A program made the position numbers and the translations under genes. A DNA stretch of 64,000 nt from an uncultured Bacilli bacterium (GTDB lineage: Bacteria > Bacillota_I > Bacilli_A > RF39 > UBA660), in NCBI GenBank assembly GCA_947628585.1, contig CANRAL010000002.1, forward strand, positions 1,343-65,342, in the 5' to 3' direction. Positions 46,629 through 56,631 of the stretch are shown in pieces (the stretch's first letter is position 1; the number at the start of each line of letters is the position of its first letter). The notes under the pieces were generated by a model. The model did not search any database and was not told the origin of the DNA. It saw only the letters and a list, made by a program, of their open reading frames with translations.

Positions 46629-49244
46629 TCATATATTTTTTATTTTTCTTTTTATTTTTTTATATATTTCCATAACTAATAAAATGGATAAACCAATTAA
46701 AAATAAATATAACATATCTTGAAATGGTACGGTCGTCGTTTTAAGAAAAGAGCTTAAAACTGGTATTTCCATTATTAATAGTTGGAGTCCAATAGAAAAG
46801 GCTACCCCAAAAAGCACTAATTTATTTTTAGTTAAAGGCGTCTTGAAGACACTTAAATTTTCACTTCGACAATTAAATACATGAATATTTTGAATAAATA
46901 CCATCAAAGCCATAACATAGCCTCTAGCAACATTTATATCCATATGTAAATGATTTAATAAATAACACCAAACGATAAATACTATTAATCCTATATATGT
47001 GCCTGAAACAATTATATCTATAAATAAACTTTTATCAAATATAGAGGATTTAGGATTCACTGGTTTTTGTTTCATGATTCCATCTTCCTCTTGTTCAAAT
47101 GATAAAGAAAAATCTTGGATACCATCGGTTACAATATTAAGCCATAATAGTTGAATTGCCAAAAGAGGCAAAGGCATATTGAAAAATATAGATAAAGAAA
47201 AGAATAATACTTCTGCGAGTCCAGAGGAAATTAAAAATAAAATTATTTTTCTAATATTAGCATAAGCAATTCTACCTTCCTTTATCCCCGATACAATTGA
47301 TTTAAAATTATCATCTATAATAATCATTTTTGCGCTTTCTCGAGCAATATCAGTTCCGCTTCCCATAGCAACACCTAAGTTTGCTGTTTTTAAAGCAGGA
47401 GCATCATTTACACCATCGCCAGTTACAGCAACAAATTCTCCTTGTCTTTTTAAAGATTTAACTATTTCTAATTTTTCAAGGGGTGTTACTCTTGTAAATA
47501 CTTTTTTAGTTTTAACAAATAAATCAAAAGCTTCTGGACCTTTTTTTAAATATTCTTCAACTTCTTCCGAGGTGGTAACTAAACTAAAATCATCAGTTAA
47601 TTCTAGTTCTTTAGCAATAGCAAAGGATGTTAAAGGATGATCTCCGGTTACCATTAAAACATTTATTCCCGCTTCTTTCGACTCCTTTATAGAAGCCACA
47701 GCTTCTTTTCTTATCGGATCTATAAAAGCAACTAAACCTTGGAACTCTAGATTTTTAATATCTTGTTCCTTATAATTTTCTTTATTCTTTATTTTCGAAC
47801 TAGCAAGAGCAATAACTCTATATCCTTCCCGAGCTAAAGTTTCATTTTGGTTTATTATTTTTTCTTTATCAATATTTTTACAATAAGAAAGAACTACTTC
47901 AACAGATCCTTTAATCGTACAATAAGTATTATTTTCTTGTTCAAAGAAAACAGCAGAATATTTATTTTCGGATTCATAAGGTATCATTTCTAATATTTTA
48001 ATATTTTTAGTATTTACTTTTAGTTTTTGGGCTAAAACGAGAAAAGCAATATCAATAGAATCTCCCATAAATTCATTATTATTTATTTTGGCTTCATTAT
48101 TTAAGGCTCCAAGTAAACCTATATAATATGCTTTATCAATATTTTTTCCTTCTACTTTTCCTTTTAAACTATAACCCGTTCCACTTATATTAAATACTTC
48201 CCCATTAGGTAATAATATTTTTTTGGCAGTTTGTTCATTTACCGTTAAAGTTCCGGTTTTATCACTCATAATTGTCGTACAGCTTCCCAAAGATTCTACC
48301 GAATGTAATTTTTTAGCAACAACATTTTTTTTAGCCATTTTATTTGAAGCAATTGTTAGAGCCATCGTTAAAGCTAAAGGAAGTCCCTCAGGCATTGCTG
48401 AAACAGATAGAGCAATAACCGACAAAAATATTTCATTTAAAGTTACTCCCTTACTTATTAATAAAATAGTGATTACAAAAGCAATGATTAATACTAATCC
48501 ACTTATTTGTTTAGATAATTTTTCTACTCTTATAGATAATGGGGATTTTTCTTCAACTGTTTTTGAAAGTGTATCAGCAATATGCCCTATTTCTGTATCG
48601 AGAGCGGTTTTTATAACAACGGCTTTAGCTCTTCCTTTCACTACCGTTGTCCCCGAGAATAAAATATTTTTTTGTTCATTAAGGGAAATATTCTTAGGAG
48701 GAAGGATTTTATTATTTTTCTCTACTTCAATGCTTTCCCCAGTAAGAATAGATTCATTAACCATTAAATTATGTGAATCTATTATTCGCATATCAGCACT
48801 TATCTTATCTCCTGATTCTAATAAACAAATATCCCCTATTACTAAATTTTCACTTGAAACATCTATTTCTTTATTATTTCTTAAAACTCTTACCTTTACG
48901 GTAACTAATTTTTCTAAAGCTTCCGCCGTATTATTAGCTTTATTTTCTTCATAAGTTCCCATTATAACATCGATTAAAACTATAAAAAAAATTATGAAAG
49001 CATCTATGACTTCTCCTATAAGCAAGGAAAAAATAATAGCTACTATTAAAAGTATAACTATAGGATCTAAAAATTCATTAATAAATATTTTAAATACACT
49101 AGTTTTCTTTTCTTTAGGAAGAATATTTAAACCATATTTTTCTTGACGTTTTTTAACTTCTACATTAGTTAAACCATCTATATTTGTATTTAACTCTTTT
49201 AATACATCATCTATTTCTTTACTCCAAAATTCTATTTTAATCAA
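46629..49244 (-). CDS. Cation-transporting P-type ATPase (P2-type, Ca2+/Mg2+ family)
   Basis: DKTGTLT phosphorylation motif, TGES, GDGVNDAPALK, 10 TMs. Length is 871 aa. Confidence 0.9.
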   Translation of the reverse strand: MIKIEFWSKEIDDVLKELNTNIDGLTNVEVKKRQEKYGLNILPKEKKTSVFKIFINEFLDPIVILLIVAIIFSLLIGEVIDAFIIFFIVLIDVIMGTYEENKANNTAEALEKLVTVKVRVLRNNKEIDVSSENLVIGDICLLESGDKISADMRIIDSHNLMVNESILTGESIEVEKNNKILPPKNISLNEQKNILFSGTTVVKGRAKAVVIKTALDTEIGHIADTLSKTVEEKSPLSIRVEKLSKQISGLVLIIAFVITILLISKGVTLNEIFLSVIALSVSAMPEGLPLALTMALTIASNKMAKKNVVAKKLHSVESLGSCTTIMSDKTGTLTVNEQTAKKILLPNGEVFNISGTGYSLKGKVEGKNIDKAYYIGLLGALNNEAKINNNEFMGDSIDIAFLVLAQKLKVNTKNIKILEMIPYESENKYSAVFFEQENNTYCTIKGSVEVVLSYCKNIDKEKIINQNETLAREGYRVIALASSKIKNKENYKEQDIKNLEFQGLVAFIDPIRKEAVASIKESKEAGINVLMVTGDHPLTSFAIAKELELTDDFSLVTTSEEVEEYLKKGPEAFDLFVKTKKVFTRVTPLEKLEIVKSLKRQGEFVAVTGDGVNDAPALKTANLGVAMGSGTDIARESAKMIIIDDNFKSIVSGIKEGRIAYANIRKIILFLISSGLAEVLFFSLSIFFNMPLPLLAIQLLWLNIVTDGIQDFSLSFEQEEDGIMKQKPVNPKSSIFDKSLFIDIIVSGTYIGLIVFIVWCYLLNHLHMDINVARGYVMALMVFIQNIHVFNCRSENLSVFKTPLTKNKLVLFGVAFSIGLQLLIMEIPVLSSFLKTTTVPFQDMLYLFLIGLSILLVMEIYKKIKRKIKNI

Positions 49245-49455
49245 TCCTTCCCATTTTTATTAACATTTTAATTATACTATATATTTTTAATTAACAAAAT
49301 GGTTTTATTTACATTCTAGTTTCGTATTTTCTAAATTACGTGTTATAATGTATAGCAAGTTATGAAAGTTTTTGTGCAAGCAAAAAGTTTTATAACTGCA
49401 TTGTACTATGATTTCTAACGACTAAAGTCCTATAAAGTAAAACAAGTTTTACTTC

Positions 49456-49527
49456 ACAAATACATAATATTACAAGTTGTTCTCCTATTTCTACTCGAAA
49501 AGTCCGAGTTTAATATCTATCTGGTGC
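49456..49527. repeat. Direct repeat copy 1 of the tRNA-Thr 3'-flank (~75 bp, ~90% identical to 51156..51246)
   Basis: ACAAATACATAATAT...CAAGTTGTTCTCCTATTTCTACTCGAAAAGTCCGAGTTT...CTGGTGC. Copy 1 lacks the left half of the hairpin present in copy 2. Confidence 0.6.
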
Positions 49528-49681
49528 GAGAAGGAAAGTTATTTCAAACTTTCTCTTAAAAATTAGAAATAATACTATTAGGTATCAATTTCTAATACCA
49601 TTTTAGCAATTAAATATATGTTTAGTAAATCTAAATTTAACTTTTATCTATAAATTATTTACAATTCTAAACTATTACTAT

Positions 49682-49882
49682 TTAGTAAAAATCTGTTATG
49701 CCAATAATTAAAATTCCATCTTTCCCACTTCTTCTAATTCTCGTAATAACTTTAATTAGTTTATTTTCCCGTGCTGCTATTAATTCATTTAAATATTGCA
49801 CTCTTTTAAATTCTTGCATTTTATTCCTCCATTGAAAATTAATGTCACTTATGTCACTAATTTTCAATAAAAAAAGTACCAC
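49682..49882 (-). CDS. Small hypothetical protein (66 aa) inside the tRNA-flanked islet
   Basis: ORF only. No homology recognised. Confidence 0.25.
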   Translation of the reverse strand: MVLFLLKISDISDINFQWRNKMQEFKRVQYLNELIAARENKLIKVITRIRRSGKDGILIIGITDFY

Positions 49883-50100
49883 CTTCTTTTTGAATTTGAT
49901 ACTATTATGTATTAAAATCTAAACTTAAATAAGTTCAGACAGATTTCCTTCTGGTGCCCTAAAGGAAGACGTACAACAACTTTTAGACAAAAGAAATAGG
50001 TAGTAATAAATTATTAACTAATACAGGTTAAAATTAACTTAAAATATTTAATTTATATCATTTTTATGGTAGTATAATATACACAAAGGAGGATTTAGCA

Positions 50101-50727
50101 ATGAGTTTTAAAGAAAAGTTAGAAAAATTAAAAATGGAAATTTCGGATTCATCTTTGCATGTTAATAGAGATTATGAATTTGAAGTAGAACTAGAAGATC
50201 ATAAACTTGGAAATCAAAATATATATAGATTGTATTATATTGACTATCATAGAATTCGTGAGTACCCTGGTAGAACAGATAATAATATTGGAGTCATTGA
50301 TTGTCCATTCAAACCTTTTATGCTTCCTTATAGAATGAGTCGTGAAGATGGATTTAAAGTTTTATCTTATTTAACAGATTTTATAGAAAAGCAACAAAAT
50401 TTAAGACCTTGTTCACTTAAAAGTGTGTCAACTTTAAATAGTGTATTAGATTTAGAAAGATTAGGATTTAGAAGAATAAATGCAAACATTAATGATAATG
50501 ATGTTATAGATTTATTTACAGTATCTGGACGATTATTATTATTTAAAAATAGTAGACAATATCAAAAATATTTTGAATGGTATACTGATGATATTACATT
50601 AGATGAAATAAAGGCAATTTATTGTAAATGTGGAATAGAATTTTATGATTTAATCTTATCAGAAAATTTTGAAGAATCGAAAATCGAAAATTCGAATGGT
50701 GGACCTCAATTGATAAAGAAAAGGTAA
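50101..50727 (+). CDS. Hypothetical protein (208 aa) inside the tRNA-flanked islet
   Basis: ORF with GGAGG RBS. No motif recognised. Confidence 0.45.
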   Translation: MSFKEKLEKLKMEISDSSLHVNRDYEFEVELEDHKLGNQNIYRLYYIDYHRIREYPGRTDNNIGVIDCPFKPFMLPYRMSREDGFKVLSYLTDFIEKQQNLRPCSLKSVSTLNSVLDLERLGFRRINANINDNDVIDLFTVSGRLLLFKNSRQYQKYFEWYTDDITLDEIKAIYCKCGIEFYDLILSENFEESKIENSNGGPQLIKKR

Positions 50728-50967
50728 AATTGTGAATACATTTTATTTAATGATTTATTTCAACTAAAAGATGATAGAACACTATAATATTATTACTATT
50801 ATTTTATACACGCATATTGATAGTCAATATGCAAGTATATTTTCTAAATTGTCCTAATTTCTTTATAAAGCATATTGTGTCAAGAACAAAAATTTGATAT
50901 GATTTTTGTAGGGAAACTTAACTGTTGAGTGCTTGCCAACTTTCTTTTGGAAAGGAGGCTTGGTATT

Positions 50968-51057
50968 ATGAAGAAAAAAGATTTATTAATCTCATTTCTA
51001 ATACTAATTATCATTTTATTAATAGTCTCTGTAATGATTCTATGTATAAAGAAATAG
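50968..51057 (+). CDS. 29-aa hydrophobic peptide MKKKDLLISFLILIIILLIVSVMILCIKK, candidate type I toxin
   Basis: GGAGG RBS 8 nt upstream. Single TM flanked by Lys. Bracketed by extended inverted repeats (50925..50950 versus 51085..51125). Confidence 0.35.
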   Translation: MKKKDLLISFLILIIILLIVSVMILCIKK

Positions 51058-51155
51058 CACTCAATCTAGCATAGATTAAGTGCTTACCACTTAAGGGCAA
51101 GTACTCAACTCGGCAAAGTTAAGTCTTCCCTTTTTATTTTATGCAAGTTTCCTTG

Positions 51156-51246
51156 ACAAATACATAATATCATAAAAACGACTTTTTTACAAGTCGTTCT
51201 CCTATTTCTACTCAAAAGTCCGAGTTTGGTATCATTCTGGTGCTGG
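51156..51246. repeat. Direct repeat copy 2 (includes the tRNA terminator hairpin and the tRNA 3' end)
   Basis: See copy 1. Contains AACGACTT-TTTTAC-AAGTCGTT hairpin. Confidence 0.6.
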
Positions 51247-51313
51247 AAGTGGGACTCGAACCTACGACCTACGCGTTACGAGGGCGTTGCTCTACCAACT
51301 GAGCTATTCCAGC
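51238..51313 (-). tRNA. tRNA-Thr (anticodon CGU), CCA encoded
   Basis: Minus strand reads GCTGGAATAGCTCAGTTGGTAGAGCAACGCCCTCGTAACGCGTAGGTCGTAGGTTCGAGTCCCACTTCCAGCACCA. Cloverleaf has a 7-bp acceptor stem, a GTTGGTA D-loop, a CTCGTAA anticodon loop and a TTCGAGT T-loop. Confidence 0.7.
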
Positions 51314-51403
51314 AGTATTTATATTATACAATAATTTATTTTTTTATACAACTTTACAAATAAGATTTTTTTATATAAAATAAGATTCGAGGTTTAAATT
51401 AAT

Positions 51404-52321
51404 ATGTTTAAATATACATTAGATAATAAAAGATATCATACTTTAAATTATTTTTATAAAAATAAATTTGGAAAAAAAGTTTTTAAAGTACCACTTGATT
51501 TAGGTCTAGACTGTCCTAATAAAATGAGTGGAGGTTGTATTTTTTGCAGCAATAATAGTAAAAGTAATATTACGTTAAATGAAGCTAATATTTTAGAACA
51601 ATTTAACCATGCCAAAAAGATAATGGAAAAAAAGTGGCCTAATAGCTATTACATTGCTTATTTTCAGGCTGGGACTAATACATATGGTCCTTTAGCATAC
51701 TTAAAAAAACAAGTTGATGTTGTTTTAAATATTCCTAATGTCGTAGGTATAAGTATTGCTACTCGTCCTGATGCTATAAATAATGAATGTTTAAACTATT
51801 TAAAAGAACTTAATAAAAAGACTTTTTTAACTATTGAATTGGGACTTCAAAGTAGTAATAATGAAACTTTAAAATATATTAATCGGGGTCATGATGTAGA
51901 ATGTTTTACCCAAATGGTAAAAAAACTACAAAAAGAAAATATCTTTGTGGTAGCTCATATTATAAATGGATTACCATATGAAACTAAAGAAGATATGCTT
52001 AATACGGTTAAATATTTGAATAATTTAAAAATTGATGGTATAAAAATTCATGCTCTTTTTATTAATAAAAATACGGAATTAGCTAAAAGATATGAAAAGG
52101 AAAAATTTTCTATTTTAACTAGAGATGAATTTGTCGATATTGTTTGTGAACAACTTACCTACTTAGATGAAAAAATTGTTATTGAAAGAATAACGGGAGA
52201 CCCTATTATTGAAGAACTAATTGCTCCTCATTGGTTAACTAAAAAATTTGTAGTTTTAAATGAAATTGACAAAGAAATGGTTAAAAGAAATATTTATCAA
52301 GGTATAAATACTAAAGCATAA
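51404..52321 (+). CDS. Radical SAM protein, TIGR01212/YhcC-like
   Basis: CPNKMSGGCIFC Cys motif. Family-typical length of 305 aa. Confidence 0.75.
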   Translation: MFKYTLDNKRYHTLNYFYKNKFGKKVFKVPLDLGLDCPNKMSGGCIFCSNNSKSNITLNEANILEQFNHAKKIMEKKWPNSYYIAYFQAGTNTYGPLAYLKKQVDVVLNIPNVVGISIATRPDAINNECLNYLKELNKKTFLTIELGLQSSNNETLKYINRGHDVECFTQMVKKLQKENIFVVAHIINGLPYETKEDMLNTVKYLNNLKIDGIKIHALFINKNTELAKRYEKEKFSILTRDEFVDIVCEQLTYLDEKIVIERITGDPIIEELIAPHWLTKKFVVLNEIDKEMVKRNIYQGINTKA

Positions 52322-52360
52322 ATTAGAAAAACTTCACCATACTAATAAAAAGGTGATTTT

Positions 52361-53116
52361 ATGAATTATCAAACTTCTATTTCCTTTGGTTTAGTAAATA
52401 TACCCGTATTATTAAATTCCGCGATTAAAGATAACAATGTTACATTTAATTTATTACATAAAAAGTGTGATACAAGATTAGAATATATAAGATATTGTCC
52501 TCATTGTAAAATGAAAGTTAAAAATAATGAAATTGTTAAAGGCTACGAATATAAAGATAATAATTATGTTACTTTCACTAATGATGAATTTAATAAATTA
52601 AAAGATGAAAATGAAAAATCGATAGAAATAATTTCGTTTGTTAACATTAATGAAATAGATCCCGTCTATTATGATAAAAGTTATATTTTAAGTCCAAATA
52701 AAAGCACTAAAGCCTTTGATTTACTAAAAGAAGCTTTAAGGAAAAGTAAAAAAGCTGCGATAGCTAAAACCTATATTCATAATCGTTTATATTATGTAGT
52801 AATTCGCTTTGGATATGAAAATATTATTATGAATACCTTATATTATGAAGAAGAAGTAAAATTAAAAGAAGAAAAATTAAAGAAAAATTATACCGAAAAA
52901 GAACTAAAAATGGCAATAAAATTGGTGGATAATTTAACTGATAAATTTAAACCTGAAGAATATAAGGATGAATATCAAAATCGGATTAAAGATGCTATTG
53001 ATAAAAAAATACATGGGCAAAAAATTAAACCTATTAAAGGGAAAAAGAAAAAAACAATTGATGATTTATATAAAGCGCTAGAAGAATCTTTAAAGGTAGC
53101 AAATGAAAAAAGATGA
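52361..53116 (+). CDS. Ku protein (non-homologous end joining)
   Basis: N-terminal SISFGLVNIPV signature. Length is 251 aa. Overlaps the ligase gene start. Confidence 0.8.
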   Translation: MNYQTSISFGLVNIPVLLNSAIKDNNVTFNLLHKKCDTRLEYIRYCPHCKMKVKNNEIVKGYEYKDNNYVTFTNDEFNKLKDENEKSIEIISFVNINEIDPVYYDKSYILSPNKSTKAFDLLKEALRKSKKAAIAKTYIHNRLYYVVIRFGYENIIMNTLYYEEEVKLKEEKLKKNYTEKELKMAIKLVDNLTDKFKPEEYKDEYQNRIKDAIDKKIHGQKIKPIKGKKKKTIDDLYKALEESLKVANEKR

Positions 53117-53981
53117 ATTTTTAGATTTAAAACCGATGCTATTACAAGAAATAGCTAAGCCTTTTAATGATAAAGATTATATATATGAAATAAAATTTGA
53201 TGGATTTAGAGCTTTAATTTATATAAATAAAAAAGAAATAATCATTAAAAGTCGCAATGGCATTATATTAAATGAAGTATTTCCCGAATTAGAAAAAATA
53301 AAAGATATTATAAAGATTCCATGTATTATAGATGGTGAAATTATTTATTTAGATAATGGCCTACCAAATATAAGACCTTTACAAGAAAGAATGCGAACCA
53401 AAGACAAAATTAAAAAACAATTTTTACAAGATAATTATCCAGCATTGTTTATAGCCTTTGATATTTTAAATAATGGAAAAAGTTTATTAAATACGCCTTT
53501 AATAAAAAGAAAAAATATTTTGGAAAAATTACCCGAAAATGAAGTTTTTCAAAAAGCTAAATTTTATAAAGAAAAAGGAAAAGAATTATTTCAAGTTATA
53601 AAAAAAGCTAATATGGAAGGAATTGTAGCTAAAAAGATAAATAGTTGTTATTATCCGGGAAAAAGAGTTAATTTTTGGCTAAAAATTAAAAATTTTCAAA
53701 GTGATTATTTTTATATAGGCGGATATGCTTTAAATAAGAATAATACTATTAGTCTTTTTTTAGGGGAAAAAACCAAAGAAGGATTTAAATATGTTGGTAA
53801 AATTGCTATTAGTAATAAAAATGATATTTATTATAAAGTTTTAAAAAGTAAAGTAATTAAAAAATCACCATTTATAAATTATAGTGATTCTTCAACTAAT
53901 TTTTTAAATCCTAAATTAGAAATATTTATTTATTATACTGAAAAAACTAAAAACAATATGTTAAGACATCCTAAGATCTAG
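53103..53981 (+). CDS. ATP-dependent DNA ligase, LigD ligase-domain-only type
   Basis: Motif I KFDGFRAL (KxDG). Motif IV-like EGIVAKK and conserved WLKIK. At 292 aa it lacks polymerase and nuclease modules. Confidence 0.75.
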   Translation: MKKDEFLDLKPMLLQEIAKPFNDKDYIYEIKFDGFRALIYINKKEIIIKSRNGIILNEVFPELEKIKDIIKIPCIIDGEIIYLDNGLPNIRPLQERMRTKDKIKKQFLQDNYPALFIAFDILNNGKSLLNTPLIKRKNILEKLPENEVFQKAKFYKEKGKELFQVIKKANMEGIVAKKINSCYYPGKRVNFWLKIKNFQSDYFYIGGYALNKNNTISLFLGEKTKEGFKYVGKIAISNKNDIYYKVLKSKVIKKSPFINYSDSSTNFLNPKLEIFIYYTEKTKNNMLRHPKI

Positions 53982-54705
53982 ATTTATTTGTTCCCTTGTA
54001 ATCTTCTTTTAGTTCTTCTAATTGTTCTAAAGTATAATAGTTTAATTGAGCTAAGACATTATCCCTAGCTACTTTATCTAATCCGTCAGGATACATTAAT
54101 GGTAATAATTCTTCAATTATTTTTTCTCGGGGGTCATCTTTAGGAACTTCTTCTTTTACTGCTGGTAATTCATCTAAAAAATCTTCATCAGGTGTAACAT
54201 TATCAGTTTGAGGTAAATCAAGATGATCAATATTTAATTCCGGTATTGAAGGTGGTAATTCTATTTCTTCCGTTGGAACATCTAGGGTTTCTATTTCTTC
54301 TTCATAATCTGCATTTAAAATTTCTTCACTCGCATCATCTGGTGTTTCTTCTTTTTCCTTTACTTCAGGAGTACTTTTTACCAAATTTACATCTAAATTA
54401 GCTTGGGCAGATTCATTTAAAAAATTAAAACAATTATTTAATATTTCTTTATTATTACTTTTTAAATAATTAACCCGAGCTTGTAATAAAAAGAAATCCT
54501 TATCTAATTTAAATTCTCCTCTTTTTTGATTTAATAATAATTCCAAATTTTTAGATAAATATTCTAAGATTTTAGCTTCTTCAGAATCTTTAGTTTTTAT
54601 TTTCATTAAATCAATTAACATTTCAAAACAACCAATTTGGACATCAATATCTACTTTATCATCTTCTAAAGTAGCCTTAACTCTTTTTTCGTTTACATCT
54701 GCCAT
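53971..54705 (-). CDS. Acidic hypothetical protein (244 aa)
   Basis: ORF upstream of rluB. Very acidic C-terminal half. Confidence 0.4.
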   Translation of the reverse strand: MADVNEKRVKATLEDDKVDIDVQIGCFEMLIDLMKIKTKDSEEAKILEYLSKNLELLLNQKRGEFKLDKDFFLLQARVNYLKSNNKEILNNCFNFLNESAQANLDVNLVKSTPEVKEKEETPDDASEEILNADYEEEIETLDVPTEEIELPPSIPELNIDHLDLPQTDNVTPDEDFLDELPAVKEEVPKDDPREKIIEELLPLMYPDGLDKVARDNVLAQLNYYTLEQLEELKEDYKGTNKSRS

Positions 54706-54742
54706 ATTAGCCTCCTACTATTATTTATAGTATAACATACTT

Positions 54743-55453
54743 TTATAAACTATAAAACTTTTTTACTTCTTTTATTTGCAATTTTCGATATTCGCCCGAT
54801 TTTAAATTACCTATAGTTAAGAATCCATAACCTATGCGCGATAATTTTAAAACGGGTAAATGAAGTTCCGCGAATAAATTTTTTATGATATGGTTGCGAC
54901 CTTCAATTATTGTTATTTCGACAATAGTATTATTTTTCGCTATATTTTTTTGCTTTACTTTAAATCTTTTTACTTCTACTTTTCGCTTATCGATAACTAT
55001 TCCTTGTTTTATTTTATTTATATTTTCTTTGGTAATTATTCCTTCCAATTTAGCTACGTATGTTTTTTCAATTTCATTGGAGGGATGCATTAAATGATTA
55101 GCAAAATCGCCATCATTAGTTAAAATAATTAAACCTGTTGTATTATAGTCTAAACGCCCTACAGGGTAAATTCTTTCCTGCGTGGGAATTAAATCAACTA
55201 CGGTTTTTCGCTTTTCTTTATCACTAACGCTACTTATAACTCCCCGCGGTTTATTAAGTAAATAATACTCATAATTAATATTTTTATTAATAATAACATC
55301 ATTAATGCTAATTATATCGGTACTAGCAACTTTTGTGCCTAATTCTTTTATAGTTATACCATTAACTTTAACTAATCCTTGTAAAATTAATTCTTCAGCT
55401 TTCCTTCTCGAAGTATAACCAAAATTTGCAATAACTTTTTGTAACCGTTCCAT
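54743..55453 (-). CDS. rluB: Pseudouridine synthase, RsuA/RluB family
   Basis: S4 domain N-terminus. GRLDYNTTGLIILTNDG catalytic Asp motif. Confidence 0.85.
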   Translation of the reverse strand: MERLQKVIANFGYTSRRKAEELILQGLVKVNGITIKELGTKVASTDIISINDVIINKNINYEYYLLNKPRGVISSVSDKEKRKTVVDLIPTQERIYPVGRLDYNTTGLIILTNDGDFANHLMHPSNEIEKTYVAKLEGIITKENINKIKQGIVIDKRKVEVKRFKVKQKNIAKNNTIVEITIIEGRNHIIKNLFAELHLPVLKLSRIGYGFLTIGNLKSGEYRKLQIKEVKKFYSL

Positions 55454-55537
55454 GTCATCACCAATTAAAGTTTACCATAACTTACGAACTTTTTAATAAT
55501 TTTTTTATTTATTTTAAAAAATTAATGTTAAATTTTT

Positions 55538-56056
55538 TTAAAACAAGAGCATTGTAAGAAGAAAAGCCATCACTATTCCAACTAAATCCGCGAAAAGACC
55601 AACGCCTAATGAATAACGAATTTTTTTGATACCTATAGAGCTAAAATATAAAGCTAAAACATAAATAGTTGTATCCGTACAACCTTGTAAAATAGATGCT
55701 AATCTTCCTAGATAAGAATCGGGACCAAAATTTAGAAAAATATCATTCATAATTGCTAAAGATGCCGTTCCTGAAACTGGTCTAAGTAAAGCCATAGGCA
55801 TAATTTCTATAGGAATATTTAAAAAATCTAAGATACCTTTAAAGGCCTTAAGTAAAAAATAAATAAAATTACTATCTAAAAAAATATTAATGGCAAAAAC
55901 CATAGCTATAATTGCTGGAAAAATATTTAAAGTTATATTTAAGCCTTCTTTTGCCCCTTCTAAAAAAGAATCATAAACATTTATTTTCTTTTTAAAACCA
56001 TAAAAAATAACTATAACGACAAATAAAGGAATCACAATTTTCGATAAAATATTCAT
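55538..56056 (-). CDS. spmB: Spore maturation protein B
   Basis: Gate/nucleoside-recognition membrane domain, 172 aa. Overlaps the spmA stop. Position is downstream of dacB-spmA. Confidence 0.8.
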   Translation of the reverse strand: MNILSKIVIPLFVVIVIFYGFKKKINVYDSFLEGAKEGLNITLNIFPAIIAMVFAINIFLDSNFIYFLLKAFKGILDFLNIPIEIMPMALLRPVSGTASLAIMNDIFLNFGPDSYLGRLASILQGCTDTTIYVLALYFSSIGIKKIRYSLGVGLFADLVGIVMAFLLTMLLF

Positions 56057-56631
56057 TTTTTTCTTCTCCTAATAATATAATCTAAAATTAAGCCCGCGAA
56101 ACTCGAATAAAAAGTAGCAATTATCCCGGGAATAATTATTTCACTAGGATTAAGACTATTATGAGCTATTCTTAACGCTAAAACCGTAGTAGGTACTATT
56201 GTTACTCCCGCGGTATTTAAAACTAAAAAAGTTATCATGGCTTCACTGGCCGTATCTTTCTTTTTATTTATTTTTTGAAGTTCTTTCATTGCTTTTAAAC
56301 CAAAAGGGGTCGCCGCACTACCTAGTCCCATCATATTCGCCGCAATATTTGAAGCAATATATCCTAAAGCGGGATTATTCTTAGGAATACTGGGAAAAAG
56401 ACGAGATAATAAAGGTTCTACTAATTTAGCAAATTTTTGTAAAAGTCCTGAATCTTCGGCAATTTTCATAATTCCCGTCCATAAGACTATTATAGGTAAA
56501 ATAGAAATAACAATATCAAAACCTTCTTTACCATTAGTTAAAATACTGTTATTTATGGTATCTAAATTTCCTGTGATAAAAGCAAAAAATATTCCTACTA
56601 AAATTAAAAATATCCAAATATAATTTACCAT
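56053..56631 (-). CDS. spmA: Spore maturation protein A
   Basis: 192-aa membrane protein with an SpmA-like N-terminus (IWIFLILVGIFFAF...). Overlaps the dacB stop. Confidence 0.8.
   Translation of the reverse strand: MVNYIWIFLILVGIFFAFITGNLDTINNSILTNGKEGFDIVISILPIIVLWTGIMKIAEDSGLLQKFAKLVEPLLSRLFPSIPKNNPALGYIASNIAANMMGLGSAATPFGLKAMKELQKINKKKDTASEAMITFLVLNTAGVTIVPTTVLALRIAHNSLNPSEIIIPGIIATFYSSFAGLILDYIIRRRKK

Noticed and set aside
48223-48954. 243-aa plus-strand ORF
   Set aside because: It is antisense within the P-type ATPase gene.
49300-49390. Long imperfect hairpin (GCAAGTTATGAAAGTTTTTG...CAAAAAGTTTTATAACTGC) upstream of the P-type ATPase
   Set aside because: It could be a regulatory RNA element or simply the terminator/att remnant of the adjacent islet. 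There is not enough signal to call it.
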